Assembly: GCA_963727445.1 (NCBI GenBank)
Contig: CAVSGI010000010.1
Span: forward strand, 1,056,001-1,120,000
Source: an uncultured delta proteobacterium
GTDB taxonomy: Bacteria > Myxococcota_A > Polyangia > Polyangiales > B10-G4
Direction of reading: 5' to 3'
Length of the DNA: 64,000 nucleotides
The notes under the pieces are model-generated. The model did not search any database and had not been told where the DNA came from. It saw only the letters and a program-made list of their open reading frames with translations. Below are positions 38,868 through 48,321 of the stretch, one piece after another. Positions within the stretch are counted from its first letter, which is position 1; each line of letters begins with the position of its first letter. The position numbers were made by a program, and so were the translations under genes.

Positions 38868-41800
38868 ATGGGGATCATTCATTGGAGTGAGGAGGCGCGA
38901 AATCGCGTCTCGGTCCTGAGCGCAGAGGGGCTCGGCGAAGACAAGCCTCGAACGACCGCCTATTACTGGTCGAACATCAAGAAGAAGTTCCGCGCGCCCG
39001 AGCGCTACGTGGAAGGGCTCGAGACCGCCGAGCCGGACATCCGCGAATGGACGGAGCACGCCGCGCGTCTCCTCGCCGAAAAAGAGCCGCCGGACGCCAG
39101 CACGCCCGACGAGGTGGTGACGCTTCTGTGGCTGATGACGCCCCAAGCCGGGGTGATCCACGCCCGTTTCATGGTCGGCGCTTTCGGGCTGCCGCGCGCC
39201 ATCGGAACCTGGGCCGCCGCTTCGGACCTCTACGTCCGATCACCGAGCTACCGTGTGAAGGACCAGAAGGGCTTCACCATCACTCGCCGCGACGAGCCGA
39301 TGGCGCTCAATCACGTCGGCTACTTTCGCGAGGCCCTGCTCCGCGCCGGCGAAGGGGAGTATCGGGACGCCAAGGCGCGGGTCACACCGCTCTTCGAACG
39401 AGGCCCCTTCCAGGTCAAGACCGCCATCCTCGAGCGATTCCCCAACGAGGAGACCTGGGTGAAGGAGCTCACCGAGGGCTATCTCGAAGACACCACGCGG
39501 CGCTACGAATGGTGGGCGCCTTCGGTGCTGCATCGCTCCCGCATCTCTCTCGAGGACGCCACACGCGTCGCCAAGCGCGCCGGCCCCGGACACTCGTCGC
39601 TCGAGACGATCCTGGATCGCTTCGACGAGGCGGCGCTGCCGATGATCTACGAGGTCGCCGACACGTCGCAGCACGCCAGCCACTTCGAGGACATGGCGCG
39701 CATCCTGGCTTGTGTGGATAGCGAGGAAGCCGCCGCATTCCTGTCGAAGAACATCGGCAAGAAGGCGGTGCGCAAGCGCGCGGTCGACTATTTCCTCCGC
39801 TTCCCCGACCGGGCGGTGGCGCTCGAGCCCTACCGCAAGAAGAAGGGCCGCAACGCCCGCATGGCGGTGGATCTGATCGAGCAGGCGGCGCGCTCGGCGC
39901 AGAAGCTCGATGTGCCGGAAGCGAAACCGAATCAGCTCCCGGCGATCCTGGTCGCCCCTCCGTGGGACGGCGGTGAGCGCCCCAAGCGCAAGGCGAAGGC
40001 CATCAAGGACCTGCCGGCCGCGCTTCCGCACGAGGACCGGCTTCACGGTCAGAGCTACCCCAAGCCGAACACGAACCAGCACCGAATGATGAACGACGCC
40101 GAGGCCGAGCAGTGGCTGAAGGACGTCGCCGAGGTCGACCCGAAGAAGCAGTGGCCGCGGAAGGTCCAGCTCTACTACTACCGTCCGGCGAAGGACCCAA
40201 AGGACACTGTCCTCGTCCGACCCGACCTCCGCCTCCAGGTCTGGAACGAAGGCACCTGGCCCTACAAGGAGCACGGCCACACCGCGATGTCGATCCTCGG
40301 TGAAGCCGGCGAGGCGGCGCTGCCCGGCTTGATTCGCTGGGCGGAAGAGCAGGTCCCGCGACAGAATCATCAATACGGGCTGCAGGCGGTGGTGGACGCG
40401 GAGGTCGCGGCGCTGGCTCCGTCGATCGCGCAAGTTCTCCGTAAGCGCGACGTCAGCAAGGTCGCGCGCACCTGGATGCGCCGCTTCCCCGAGGCGGCGA
40501 TCGCCGGGCTGCTCCCGGCGGCGGTCGGCAAGAAGAGCTCCAAGCGACGCACCGCGGCGGAGCAGGCGTTGCGATGGATGGCTGCCGAAGGTCACGAGGA
40601 GCGGATCCGCGAACGCGCAACGGAGCTCGGCAAGAGTGGGCCGGCGGCGATCGACGAGATCCTCGGCTGGGATCCGATCTTCGACTGCCCGAAGAAGCCG
40701 CCGAAGCTGCCGCCCATCTACCGGCCGGAGGGCTTCGTGCGACCGCTCTTGACGTCGGGAGAAGCGCTACCGATGTCGGCCATGAAGCGGCTGGGAGAGA
40801 TGCTGGCCTTCTCCCCGCCCGCCGAGACCTATGCCGGGATCGACCGCGTGAAGGAGCTCTGCACCGAGCGCAGCCTGGCCGAGTTCGCCTGGACCGTGGC
40901 CTCGGCATGGGAGACGGCGGGCGGCGACAAGCGCCATCGCTGGATGTACTACGCCCTGGTCCATCTGGCGGACGACGAGGTGGTCCGACGAACCACGCCC
41001 GCGCTCAAAAACCCGCTCATCGTGGACGTGCTGGCACACATCCCGACGGAGGCTTCGGCGATGGAGCTCGCCACCATCGCCTTCCGCGGCGCCAAGAGCT
41101 CCTCCTCGTACAACAGCGCGCAGATCGCCGCCGAGCAGGCGCTCGACCGGCTGGCGGAGTCTCAAAGCGTCACCCGAGACGAGCTCGACGACCAGCTCAC
41201 CCCGACCCTTGGTCTCGACGAGGACGGCACCCTGCTCCTCGATTTTGGTCCGCGGAGCTTCCGCGTGGGCTTCGACGAGCAGCTGATGCCGGAGATAATC
41301 GACGCCAAGGGCAACCGGCGGAAGGTGCTGCCGCGCGGTGCCAAGAAGGACGACCCCGACAAGCTCGCGGCCGCCAAAGTGGCGTGGAAGGAGCTCAAGG
41401 AAGACGTCGGCGCCATCGCCATGTTCCGCATCGACGCACTCGAACGGGCCATGCTGGGCGACCGCCGCTGGCCTCTCGAGGACTTCGAGAAATACTGGGC
41501 GCGTCACCGTTTGATGATGCACCTGGCGCGCCGTGTCGTGTGGGCGGCGCATCAGGGCGATGCGGGGGAGGTGGTGCTCTTTCGGATCGCGGAAGACGGC
41601 ACCTATGCCGATCAGAACGACGAGACGGTCGAGCTCGCCAGTGACGCCAAGGTCGCGGTGCCGCATCCGCTCCGCTGGCCGGACGATTCCCTCGCGGCTT
41701 GGCGCGAGGTCTTCGACGACTACGAGCTCTTGCAGCCCTTTCATCAGCTCGAACGGCCCCTCCCCCAGGTCACGGGGGAGGAGCTCGGCGCAGACGTGAT

Positions 41801-42062
41801 CGAGCGCATCAAGACGGGCAATCGCGCGCTCGGCCGCCGCGCCCTGCACGAGCGGGGCTACCATCTCTTGTCCGGCCGGCACACCAAGTCGCTCGGTGAA
41901 GAGAGCAAGGTCCTGGTGAGCCAGGGCTACTACCGCGACGGCATACGCTACCGGATCGAGTTTCAGAAGAACGACCAGGCCGCGCCCTGGAGCAAGGCAC
42001 CCGAGGGTGCGCTCGTCTTCGTCCTCGACGAGCTCGGCCTCGTCGAGCCGCGGCCCGCGTGA
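38868..42062 (+). CDS. DUF4132 protein without WGR domain (YehI-like)
   Basis: C-terminal half parallels 20182..23880 (ILVAPPW, PTLGLDEDG..DFGPRSFRVGFDE, LERAML..RRW, DYELLQPFHQL). Confidence 0.82.
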   Translation: MGIIHWSEEARNRVSVLSAEGLGEDKPRTTAYYWSNIKKKFRAPERYVEGLETAEPDIREWTEHAARLLAEKEPPDASTPDEVVTLLWLMTPQAGVIHARFMVGAFGLPRAIGTWAAASDLYVRSPSYRVKDQKGFTITRRDEPMALNHVGYFREALLRAGEGEYRDAKARVTPLFERGPFQVKTAILERFPNEETWVKELTEGYLEDTTRRYEWWAPSVLHRSRISLEDATRVAKRAGPGHSSLETILDRFDEAALPMIYEVADTSQHASHFEDMARILACVDSEEAAAFLSKNIGKKAVRKRAVDYFLRFPDRAVALEPYRKKKGRNARMAVDLIEQAARSAQKLDVPEAKPNQLPAILVAPPWDGGERPKRKAKAIKDLPAALPHEDRLHGQSYPKPNTNQHRMMNDAEAEQWLKDVAEVDPKKQWPRKVQLYYYRPAKDPKDTVLVRPDLRLQVWNEGTWPYKEHGHTAMSILGEAGEAALPGLIRWAEEQVPRQNHQYGLQAVVDAEVAALAPSIAQVLRKRDVSKVARTWMRRFPEAAIAGLLPAAVGKKSSKRRTAAEQALRWMAAEGHEERIRERATELGKSGPAAIDEILGWDPIFDCPKKPPKLPPIYRPEGFVRPLLTSGEALPMSAMKRLGEMLAFSPPAETYAGIDRVKELCTERSLAEFAWTVASAWETAGGDKRHRWMYYALVHLADDEVVRRTTPALKNPLIVDVLAHIPTEASAMELATIAFRGAKSSSSYNSAQIAAEQALDRLAESQSVTRDELDDQLTPTLGLDEDGTLLLDFGPRSFRVGFDEQLMPEIIDAKGNRRKVLPRGAKKDDPDKLAAAKVAWKELKEDVGAIAMFRIDALERAMLGDRRWPLEDFEKYWARHRLMMHLARRVVWAAHQGDAGEVVLFRIAEDGTYADQNDETVELASDAKVAVPHPLRWPDDSLAAWREVFDDYELLQPFHQLERPLPQVTGEELGADVIERIKTGNRALGRRALHERGYHLLSGRHTKSLGEESKVLVSQGYYRDGIRYRIEFQKNDQAAPWSKAPEGALVFVLDELGLVEPRPA

Positions 42063-42110
42063 TCCACTCCCATCATCGCGGACGGTAGGAAGAGGTAGGA
42101 CGTGTAGGAG

Positions 42111-42139
42111 AGCCTCTCACAAAAGTTTCTAGAGAGGCT
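42111..42139. repeat. AT-rich-loop inverted repeat (terminator or IS-end remnant)
   Basis: AGCCTCTC-acaaaagtttcta-GAGAGGCT, preceded by three GTAGGA hexamers. Confidence 0.45.
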
Positions 42140-42178
42140 TCAGACGCTGGATCCACCGTGATATGCGTCCGCGCCACG

Positions 42179-42529
42179 ATGCCTATCTTCGAGATCCGCG
42201 CGCTGCCCCAGGCCGAAACCTTCGACGCCGAAGCAGCCATGAAGAAGCTCTGCACCCGCGTGGCCCTCGCCACCCAGATGGACGAGAAGTCGGTCTGGGC
42301 CAGCTGGCACGAGCTCCCGCCCGGCCGCGAGGAGAGCGAGTGGGACGAGGGTGAGCCCATCGTCCGTGTCATCTCCTTCGAGGGTGAGTCGGACGCCCGC
42401 ATCGAGCGGCTGCTCGACACGGCGGCGCGCGTCGTGGCCAGCGAGCTGCACATCGACCCCCGCAAGGTGTGCGTGACCTACGAAGAGGCGCACAGCGGGC
42501 GGGTCGAGACCAACCACGCAACGCGCTAG
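42179..42529 (+). CDS. Small protein, possibly tautomerase/MIF-like
   Basis: Met-Pro start (MPIFEIRAL); two beta-alpha-beta-like halves ending V.V.Y.E..SG. Confidence 0.55.
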   Translation: MPIFEIRALPQAETFDAEAAMKKLCTRVALATQMDEKSVWASWHELPPGREESEWDEGEPIVRVISFEGESDARIERLLDTAARVVASELHIDPRKVCVTYEEAHSGRVETNHATR

Positions 42530-43224
42530 CGCGTCCGAAACCAGAGTCCCGTGCATTCGGGGACCGTCGTCCATCGTTCTTCGCGCACCCGTGTCGCGAA
42601 ATCGTCGCCGAAGAAGAAGCCGGTGATGCGCGCCGCATCCTCGACCGATGCGAAGCGATAGTCGGTGCGGATGGAGCGGCGCGACAGCCCGCGCTCGGTC
42701 TCGAGCCACGCGTAGTACTCGGCGAGCGCCGGGTTGGGCGGGTTGGGCTCCTCCGAGCCGGTGCCCAGAGTCTCGATGACCACGAGATGGCCGCCCCTAC
42801 GGGTGACCCGCTCCATCTCATCGAGCGCAGCGCCCACGGAGCGGCGCCAGTCGTCGGGCATCCAATGGCGGAAGTGACCGAAGACCCAGCCCGCCACGGC
42901 GAGATCGACGCTGCCGTTCGGGGCCGGGAGCGATCGCGCGTCGGCGACCTCGAAGCGGATGCGGTTCCCATGCTCGCCCAGTGAGCGCTCGGCTTGCTCC
43001 AGCATCGCCGACTCGGCGTCGGTCGCCAGGACGCGCCGCACGCCTTCACGCAGAAGCAGGCGGGTGATCCGTCCAGTGCCCGCGCCGACCTCGAGGACGT
43101 CGGCACCCGCGAGCCCGTGAACCGCGTCGAGCGCCGGCGCGAGATTGCCGTCGGCGTCCTCGTGGGCCACCAGCTCTTGGTAGCGGTCCGGATGGTGACG
43201 ATAGATGTTCTGATAGTCCTGCAT
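42526..43224 (-). CDS. Class I SAM-dependent methyltransferase
   Basis: VLEVGAGTGR, ADARSLP..SVDLAV and RVTRRGG motifs. Confidence 0.88.
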   Translation of the reverse strand: MQDYQNIYRHHPDRYQELVAHEDADGNLAPALDAVHGLAGADVLEVGAGTGRITRLLLREGVRRVLATDAESAMLEQAERSLGEHGNRIRFEVADARSLPAPNGSVDLAVAGWVFGHFRHWMPDDWRRSVGAALDEMERVTRRGGHLVVIETLGTGSEEPNPPNPALAEYYAWLETERGLSRRSIRTDYRFASVEDAARITGFFFGDDFATRVREERWTTVPECTGLWFRTR

Positions 43225-43250
43225 CGGTCACGCGATACCATCGTCCCGAG

Positions 43251-44219
43251 ATGGGCGTCGAACGATTCGTTTGCGGGATCGCCATGGTGGTGACGCTCGC
43301 GCTCGCCGGATGCGGGACCAAGACCGGACTGCTCGTCGCGCGATGCGAAGACGCGGGGACGCGGGCGTGCACCACCGCCTGCGGGCCGGGCGTCCAGAGC
43401 TGCGTGGACGGGTACTGGCAGGCGTGTGAGCTCGACCCCGCCGTGCTCGCCTGCGAAGACGCGTGCGGGTCGGGAACGCGCGAGTGCACCGACGATGGAC
43501 TGAGCGAGTGCGCCGTGCCCGTGGTCGAACGGCCCTGCACGGTGCCGTGCGGAGAGGGGATTGAGACCTGCCGCGACGGCCGCTGGGGCCCGTGCTCGGC
43601 GCCCCATCCGCTGCCGCCCGTCGTCATGGCGACGGTGCGCGACTTCCACGAGTCCCATCCCGACTTCGAGCGGATGGCCATCGGCTCCGACCCCGGCATC
43701 GTGGAGACGATGCTCGGCGCGGACGACCTCCCGGTCTACGCGGGGCCGACGCCCACCACCTCGGGTCGCACGGAATTCGACCAGTGGTACCGCGACGTAC
43801 CGGGCGTGAATCTGAGCGCGCCCCTCGACCTCCGCCTCGCGCCCGACGGACCGGAGGCGTCCACCTTCGTCTTCGACGACCCGATGTTCTTCCCCATCGA
43901 CGACCGCCTCTTCGGCAACGAAGGCCGGATGCACAACTTCCACTTCACGGTGGCCGCCGTCACTTCCTTCATCTACGAGGGCGGCGAGACCTTCCGCTTC
44001 CGCGGCGACGACGACGTCTTCGTCTTCATCGACCGGCGCCTGGTCATCGACCTCGGCGGCGTGCACAGCGCCGAGGAGGGTGAGGTGGCCGTGGACGACC
44101 TCGGCCTGGTCCCCGGCGAACGCTACCTGCTCCACGTGTTCTTCGCCGAGCGCCACACGACGCTTTCGTCTTTTCGCATCGAGACGACGCTCTCGGACCC
44201 GGTCTTGCGCTGCGAGTGA
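43251..44219 (+). CDS. Fibro-slime (PA14-like) domain lipoprotein
   Basis: Lipobox LAGC; Cys repeats; RDFHESHPDFE, FDQWYRD, HNFHFT, GDDDVFVFI..DLGGVH and FFAERHT. Confidence 0.88.
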   Translation: MGVERFVCGIAMVVTLALAGCGTKTGLLVARCEDAGTRACTTACGPGVQSCVDGYWQACELDPAVLACEDACGSGTRECTDDGLSECAVPVVERPCTVPCGEGIETCRDGRWGPCSAPHPLPPVVMATVRDFHESHPDFERMAIGSDPGIVETMLGADDLPVYAGPTPTTSGRTEFDQWYRDVPGVNLSAPLDLRLAPDGPEASTFVFDDPMFFPIDDRLFGNEGRMHNFHFTVAAVTSFIYEGGETFRFRGDDDVFVFIDRRLVIDLGGVHSAEEGEVAVDDLGLVPGERYLLHVFFAERHTTLSSFRIETTLSDPVLRCE

Positions 44220-44228
44220 CGCTGGCAG

Positions 44229-45503
44229 TCACGGCTCTGCGAGACGCCGGCGCATGAGCGCGCGAAGTGCATCGGAGGGCGCCGCTTCGAGGGCTGCGTC
44301 ACGATGACGCAGGGCGAGCTCCCCTCGGCCGGCGCGTCGATACAGGTCCGCCAGCGCCGCATCGAAGAGGTAGTGACCTGCGAGCCAGCTCGGCGGCACG
44401 ACACCTTCGAGCAGAGCGAGGCCGGCCTCGGCGCCCTCGGCTTCGGCGGTGGCGATGGCCCGGTTCAGCACGTGGATGGGCGACGGCTCGGTGTGCTCCA
44501 GCAACCGGTAGAGGCCGGCGATCTTCGACCACTTGGTTTCGGCGAAGGACGGTGCGAAGCAATGCTCGGCGGCGATGGCGGCCTCGACGTGAAAACGGCT
44601 GAGCTCCTCGCCCTGAGCCGCCCGCTCGAGAAAGTGCGCGCCGGCGCCCAAGTGCGCCGCGTCCCAGAGGCTCCTGTCCTGTTCTTCGAGGAGCAGAAGC
44701 CCGCCGCTCGCATCCTGACGCGCGGCCAGGCGGGCCGCGTGAAGGTGCATGAGGGCCAGAAGGGCGAAGGTCTCGGGAGTGCCGCCGACCGGATGCTCGG
44801 CCAACGCACCACCGAGACGGATCGCCTCGTCACAGAGCTCGACGCGTATCGCGGCGTCGTCGTGGAGCGACAGGTAGCCCTCGTTGAAGAGGAGGTAGAG
44901 AACACTCCGCACGCTCGAGAGCCGCGAGCGCAGCGCTTCGAGGGGCGGCGTTTCGGTGTCCACCGCCAGCTCCGAGAGCCGCGCGCGGGCGCGCTCGAGC
45001 CGCTTGTAGACGTTGGCCTCGGTAGTGAAGAGGCGAAAGGCGATCTCGCTCACGCTGAAGCCGCACAGGGTCTTGAGCGCCAGCACCAGCCGCGAATCGC
45101 GCGGGATCTCGTCGGCACAGCAGACGAAGAGCATCCGCAGGAGCTCGTCCTTCACCTCGCCTTCGAAGGCCGGGGGCTCTGGCTCGGTGATCGCCTTCGA
45201 GACGGCGCGAGCGGCAGCGGCGTCGAGGATCCTGTTGTGGCGCCGCTCCTTCCGAAGCGCGTCGAGAAGATCCCGGTGAGCGACGCGGTAGAGCCACGCC
45301 GTCGGGTCCGCGGGGACGCCGTCCCGTTCCCACGCGCGATGTGCGACCAGGAGCGCATCTTGAACGACGTCCTCCACCGTCTCGAGATGGGAGAGCCCCA
45401 CGCGGCCCACCAACACGGCCACCAGTCGCGCGTAGTGATGTCGGAAGTGGTGCTCGAGAACCCCCGCCGGAGGCGTCGAGCCTCCGCCGGAGGCGCTCGT
45501 CAC
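44229..45503 (-). CDS. ECF sigma factor with long C-terminal extension (ECF42-like)
   Basis: EDVVQDAL, LRMLFVCC, LYLLFNEGY and LEEQDRSLWD motifs; coupled to a YciI/DGPF gene. Confidence 0.85.
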   Translation of the reverse strand: MTSASGGGSTPPAGVLEHHFRHHYARLVAVLVGRVGLSHLETVEDVVQDALLVAHRAWERDGVPADPTAWLYRVAHRDLLDALRKERRHNRILDAAAARAVSKAITEPEPPAFEGEVKDELLRMLFVCCADEIPRDSRLVLALKTLCGFSVSEIAFRLFTTEANVYKRLERARARLSELAVDTETPPLEALRSRLSSVRSVLYLLFNEGYLSLHDDAAIRVELCDEAIRLGGALAEHPVGGTPETFALLALMHLHAARLAARQDASGGLLLLEEQDRSLWDAAHLGAGAHFLERAAQGEELSRFHVEAAIAAEHCFAPSFAETKWSKIAGLYRLLEHTEPSPIHVLNRAIATAEAEGAEAGLALLEGVVPPSWLAGHYLFDAALADLYRRAGRGELALRHRDAALEAAPSDALRALMRRRLAEP

Positions 45504-45856
45504 ATGCCGCCTGCGAGCTCGCGAATCTCCATGAAGCCGCCGGGCTCCTGGATCGCCGGGCAGGCCTTCATCACCTCCACCGCCCCTTCGTAGCTCTCGG
45601 CGGAGAGGATCATGTAGCCGCCGATGAGCTCCTTGGCTTCGACATAGGGCCCGTCGGCGACCCCGGAGGCGCTGACCATCTTGCCGTCCGACTTCAGCTT
45701 GGCGCCTGGATCGAGGATCCGGTCCTCGAACTTCTTCATCCACTCGCCATAGGCGGCGAACATCTTCTGCATCTCCTCGGGGGACGGCGGCTTCGCAGCG
45801 GCTGGCCGCTCGCCCGGCTCGCGGCGAAAGAGGACGAGGTACTTGTGCTGGGCCAT
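45500..45856 (-). CDS. YciI / DGPF-domain protein
   Basis: DGPYVEAKELIGGY..EIRE motif. Confidence 0.88.
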   Translation of the reverse strand: MAQHKYLVLFRREPGERPAAAKPPSPEEMQKMFAAYGEWMKKFEDRILDPGAKLKSDGKMVSASGVADGPYVEAKELIGGYMILSAESYEGAVEVMKACPAIQEPGGFMEIRELAGGM

Positions 45857-45955
45857 GGATCTCCTGTGTTCGGGGCGCCTTTCGCCCTCTTTCCACTCAG
45901 GCGCGCGAGCGCGTCCTCTTTGGACAGCTCTCGATCATTTTCGGCAGACCGAGAT

Positions 45956-46777
45956 TCAGCCGCAATATCCGATCTCCCGGGCACCGAGCATCAGAGGAGG
46001 GCTGAGGGAACGACAGGCGGCGGCCCCGCAACCGCCGGCGCCCACCTCGCACGTCGGCTGGCAGGAGCCTCCCATGCACACCAGCTGTGGTCCGCACATG
46101 AACTCTGGACATGGCTCCCCTTCCGCGGGGAGGGCCGGATCGTGGCAGACCGGCACGTAGGTGAGTGCGCGCGCCGGGACGTCGCGGGTGAGCGCGACTC
46201 CACAGCCCGCTCCGCCGCCACACCCGCTGCCCGCGATGGGATCGCAGGACGAAGCACAAGCCCCGACGTCTTCGGTGCGGACGACGAGCTCGATGCAGGT
46301 CCGTCCCCCACAGTCGGCCGAGGAGGCACAGTAGGGTGTGCAGAGGCCCGTCGAAAAGCCGGTGGCCACACAAACCAGCGCCGTGTCGCATTCCGAGTTC
46401 ACCAGGCAGGTCTCGTTGACGCCCGACGTCCCGGGCGCTTCGCAGCCCCGCGTCGGGTCGTCGCCCAGGGGGCGCTGACAGGCGAGCCCCGCCGCGCATC
46501 CGCACTGCGGCGCCACCAGCTTGCAGGGGGACTCGTCACAGGGACCGACGTCGGGCGGTCCGGTGTCGATCGCCGCGTCGGCAGGCGCAACGGCGTCGGC
46601 CGCCGAGGCGTCGTGGGGCACGGCGCCGTCCGCATCCGCCCCATCCATCGCCGTGTCCAGGGGCGAGCCGTCCGGCATCGCGTCGAGCCCCCCGTCCTCC
46701 GTGGTCAGCGCAGACGAGTAGCCCACTCGGCCGCATCCGATACAGATCAACAGCAACAGCGACGAGAGTCCGCGCAA
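45956..46777 (-). CDS. Cys-rich lipoprotein with Asp-Ala linker
   Basis: Signal ending CIGC then GRVGY; DA linker; many CxxxxxC repeats. Confidence 0.75.
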   Translation of the reverse strand: MRGLSSLLLLICIGCGRVGYSSALTTEDGGLDAMPDGSPLDTAMDGADADGAVPHDASAADAVAPADAAIDTGPPDVGPCDESPCKLVAPQCGCAAGLACQRPLGDDPTRGCEAPGTSGVNETCLVNSECDTALVCVATGFSTGLCTPYCASSADCGGRTCIELVVRTEDVGACASSCDPIAGSGCGGGAGCGVALTRDVPARALTYVPVCHDPALPAEGEPCPEFMCGPQLVCMGGSCQPTCEVGAGGCGAAACRSLSPPLMLGAREIGYCG

Positions 46778-46867
46778 TACCCCGTGGAGGGTAGCACCGT
46801 GACTCGCCGATGGTCGTCATGGCGATCCCCACTTTTCCTGCCCGGTCGCTGGTCCTACTCTGTCCTC

Positions 46868-48271
46868 GTGACGGCCCTCCCCACCCTCAGTGAGATCGCC
46901 GCGCGGCGCATCGCCGACGATGGCGGCGAGCACGCGCGGGTGGACGGCCTGCCGCCGGGCCCCACCGCCAACCCGTGGCTCCAGCTCGCGGGCTTCCTCT
47001 TTCGTCCCATTCCCTTCCTCTCCGCCTGTCGCGAGCAGTACGGCGACCACCTCACGCTCCGGCTCCCATCGACGCCTCCCATCGTGCAGTTCTCCGATCC
47101 GAGCGCCGTGAAGCAGGTGTTCGCCGCTTCGATGGATGCGATGCACGCCGGTCAGGCGAACCAGGTGCTCGCGCCGTTCCTCGGCCGGCACTCGGTCCTG
47201 GTTCTCGATGGGTCACGCCACCGTGCCCAGCGACGCCTGCTCCTTCCGCCGTTTCGCGGAGAGCGCATGCGCGCCTACGGCGCGGCCATGCGCGACATCA
47301 CGAACGCGCGCATCGCCCGCTGGCCCAAGGGCCGCACCTTCCGCATGCAGACCGAGACCCAGGCCATCACCCTGGACGTGATCCTGCGAACGGTCTTCGG
47401 CATGGAGGAGGGCGCCGCGATGGATTCGATGCGCGACAAGCTGGTGAAGGCCACGCGCATCCTCGACAACCCGCTCTTCTTGATCGGCGCCTTTCAACGC
47501 GACCTCGGGCCGCGCTCACCGTGGGGCCGCTTCCTCCGGCTCCGGCGAGCCGCCTACGAAGAGACGCTCGAGCTGCTCGCGCTCCGCCGCCGCGAGGGAT
47601 ACGAGGAGCGCGACGACATCCTGTCGATGCTCCTCGGGGCGACCTACGAAGACGGCTCGCCGATGACGGACGAAGAGATCTTCGACGAGCTGTTGACCCT
47701 CCTGGTGGCCGGCCACGAGACGACCGCCACCGCGCTCTCCTGGACGATTCACCGGTTGACCCGCCACCCCGCCGTGCTCCGGCGCGTCCAGCGCGAGATC
47801 GACGACGTGTTCCCAGACGGCGAGATCGATCCCGACAGGAGCTCGGAGCTCCACTATCTCGACGCGATGATCAAGGAGTCGCTGCGCATCCATCCGGTGA
47901 TCCCCGGCGTGGGCCGCGTGCTCATGGAGCGCGAGACGGTGGGTGGCGAGTCGCTGCCGCCCGGGGTGGTCGTGGGGTGCAGCATCTACCTCGCCCACAT
48001 GAACCCCGAGGTGTGGCCCGAGCCGGAGCGCTTCGATCCCGATCGCTTCCTCGGCAAGCGCCCCAGCCCCAACACCTACTTCCCCTTCGGCGGCGGGATC
48101 CGCCGATGCATCGGCGAAGCCTTCGCGCTCTACGAGATGCGGATCGTCCTCGCGACCGTCCTTTCGCGCCTCGTCCCCGAGCGCGCGCCATTCCACCAGA
48201 TCGGCACCATGCGCCGGAACATCACGCTCACGCCTTCGGGCGGCTTGCCCATCCGGTTTCGCCCGCGCTGA
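46868..48271 (+). CDS. Cytochrome P450
   Basis: AGHETT, ESLR (ExxR), PERFDPDRF and heme motif FGGGIRRCIG; start inferred at GTG 46868. Confidence 0.93.
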   Translation: MTALPTLSEIAARRIADDGGEHARVDGLPPGPTANPWLQLAGFLFRPIPFLSACREQYGDHLTLRLPSTPPIVQFSDPSAVKQVFAASMDAMHAGQANQVLAPFLGRHSVLVLDGSRHRAQRRLLLPPFRGERMRAYGAAMRDITNARIARWPKGRTFRMQTETQAITLDVILRTVFGMEEGAAMDSMRDKLVKATRILDNPLFLIGAFQRDLGPRSPWGRFLRLRRAAYEETLELLALRRREGYEERDDILSMLLGATYEDGSPMTDEEIFDELLTLLVAGHETTATALSWTIHRLTRHPAVLRRVQREIDDVFPDGEIDPDRSSELHYLDAMIKESLRIHPVIPGVGRVLMERETVGGESLPPGVVVGCSIYLAHMNPEVWPEPERFDPDRFLGKRPSPNTYFPFGGGIRRCIGEAFALYEMRIVLATVLSRLVPERAPFHQIGTMRRNITLTPSGGLPIRFRPR

Positions 48272-48321
48272 TGGGGCTGCTGGTCTTGCTCTCGTAGCCC
48301 ATACGCCTCACCTTGGCGGCC

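Noticed and set aside
28875..48271. Secondary-metabolite cluster from the FAD oxidoreductase, lycopene cyclase, methyltransferase and P450
   Set aside because: The genes are scattered, on different strands and separated by unrelated operons; there is no scaffold synthase or other crt gene.
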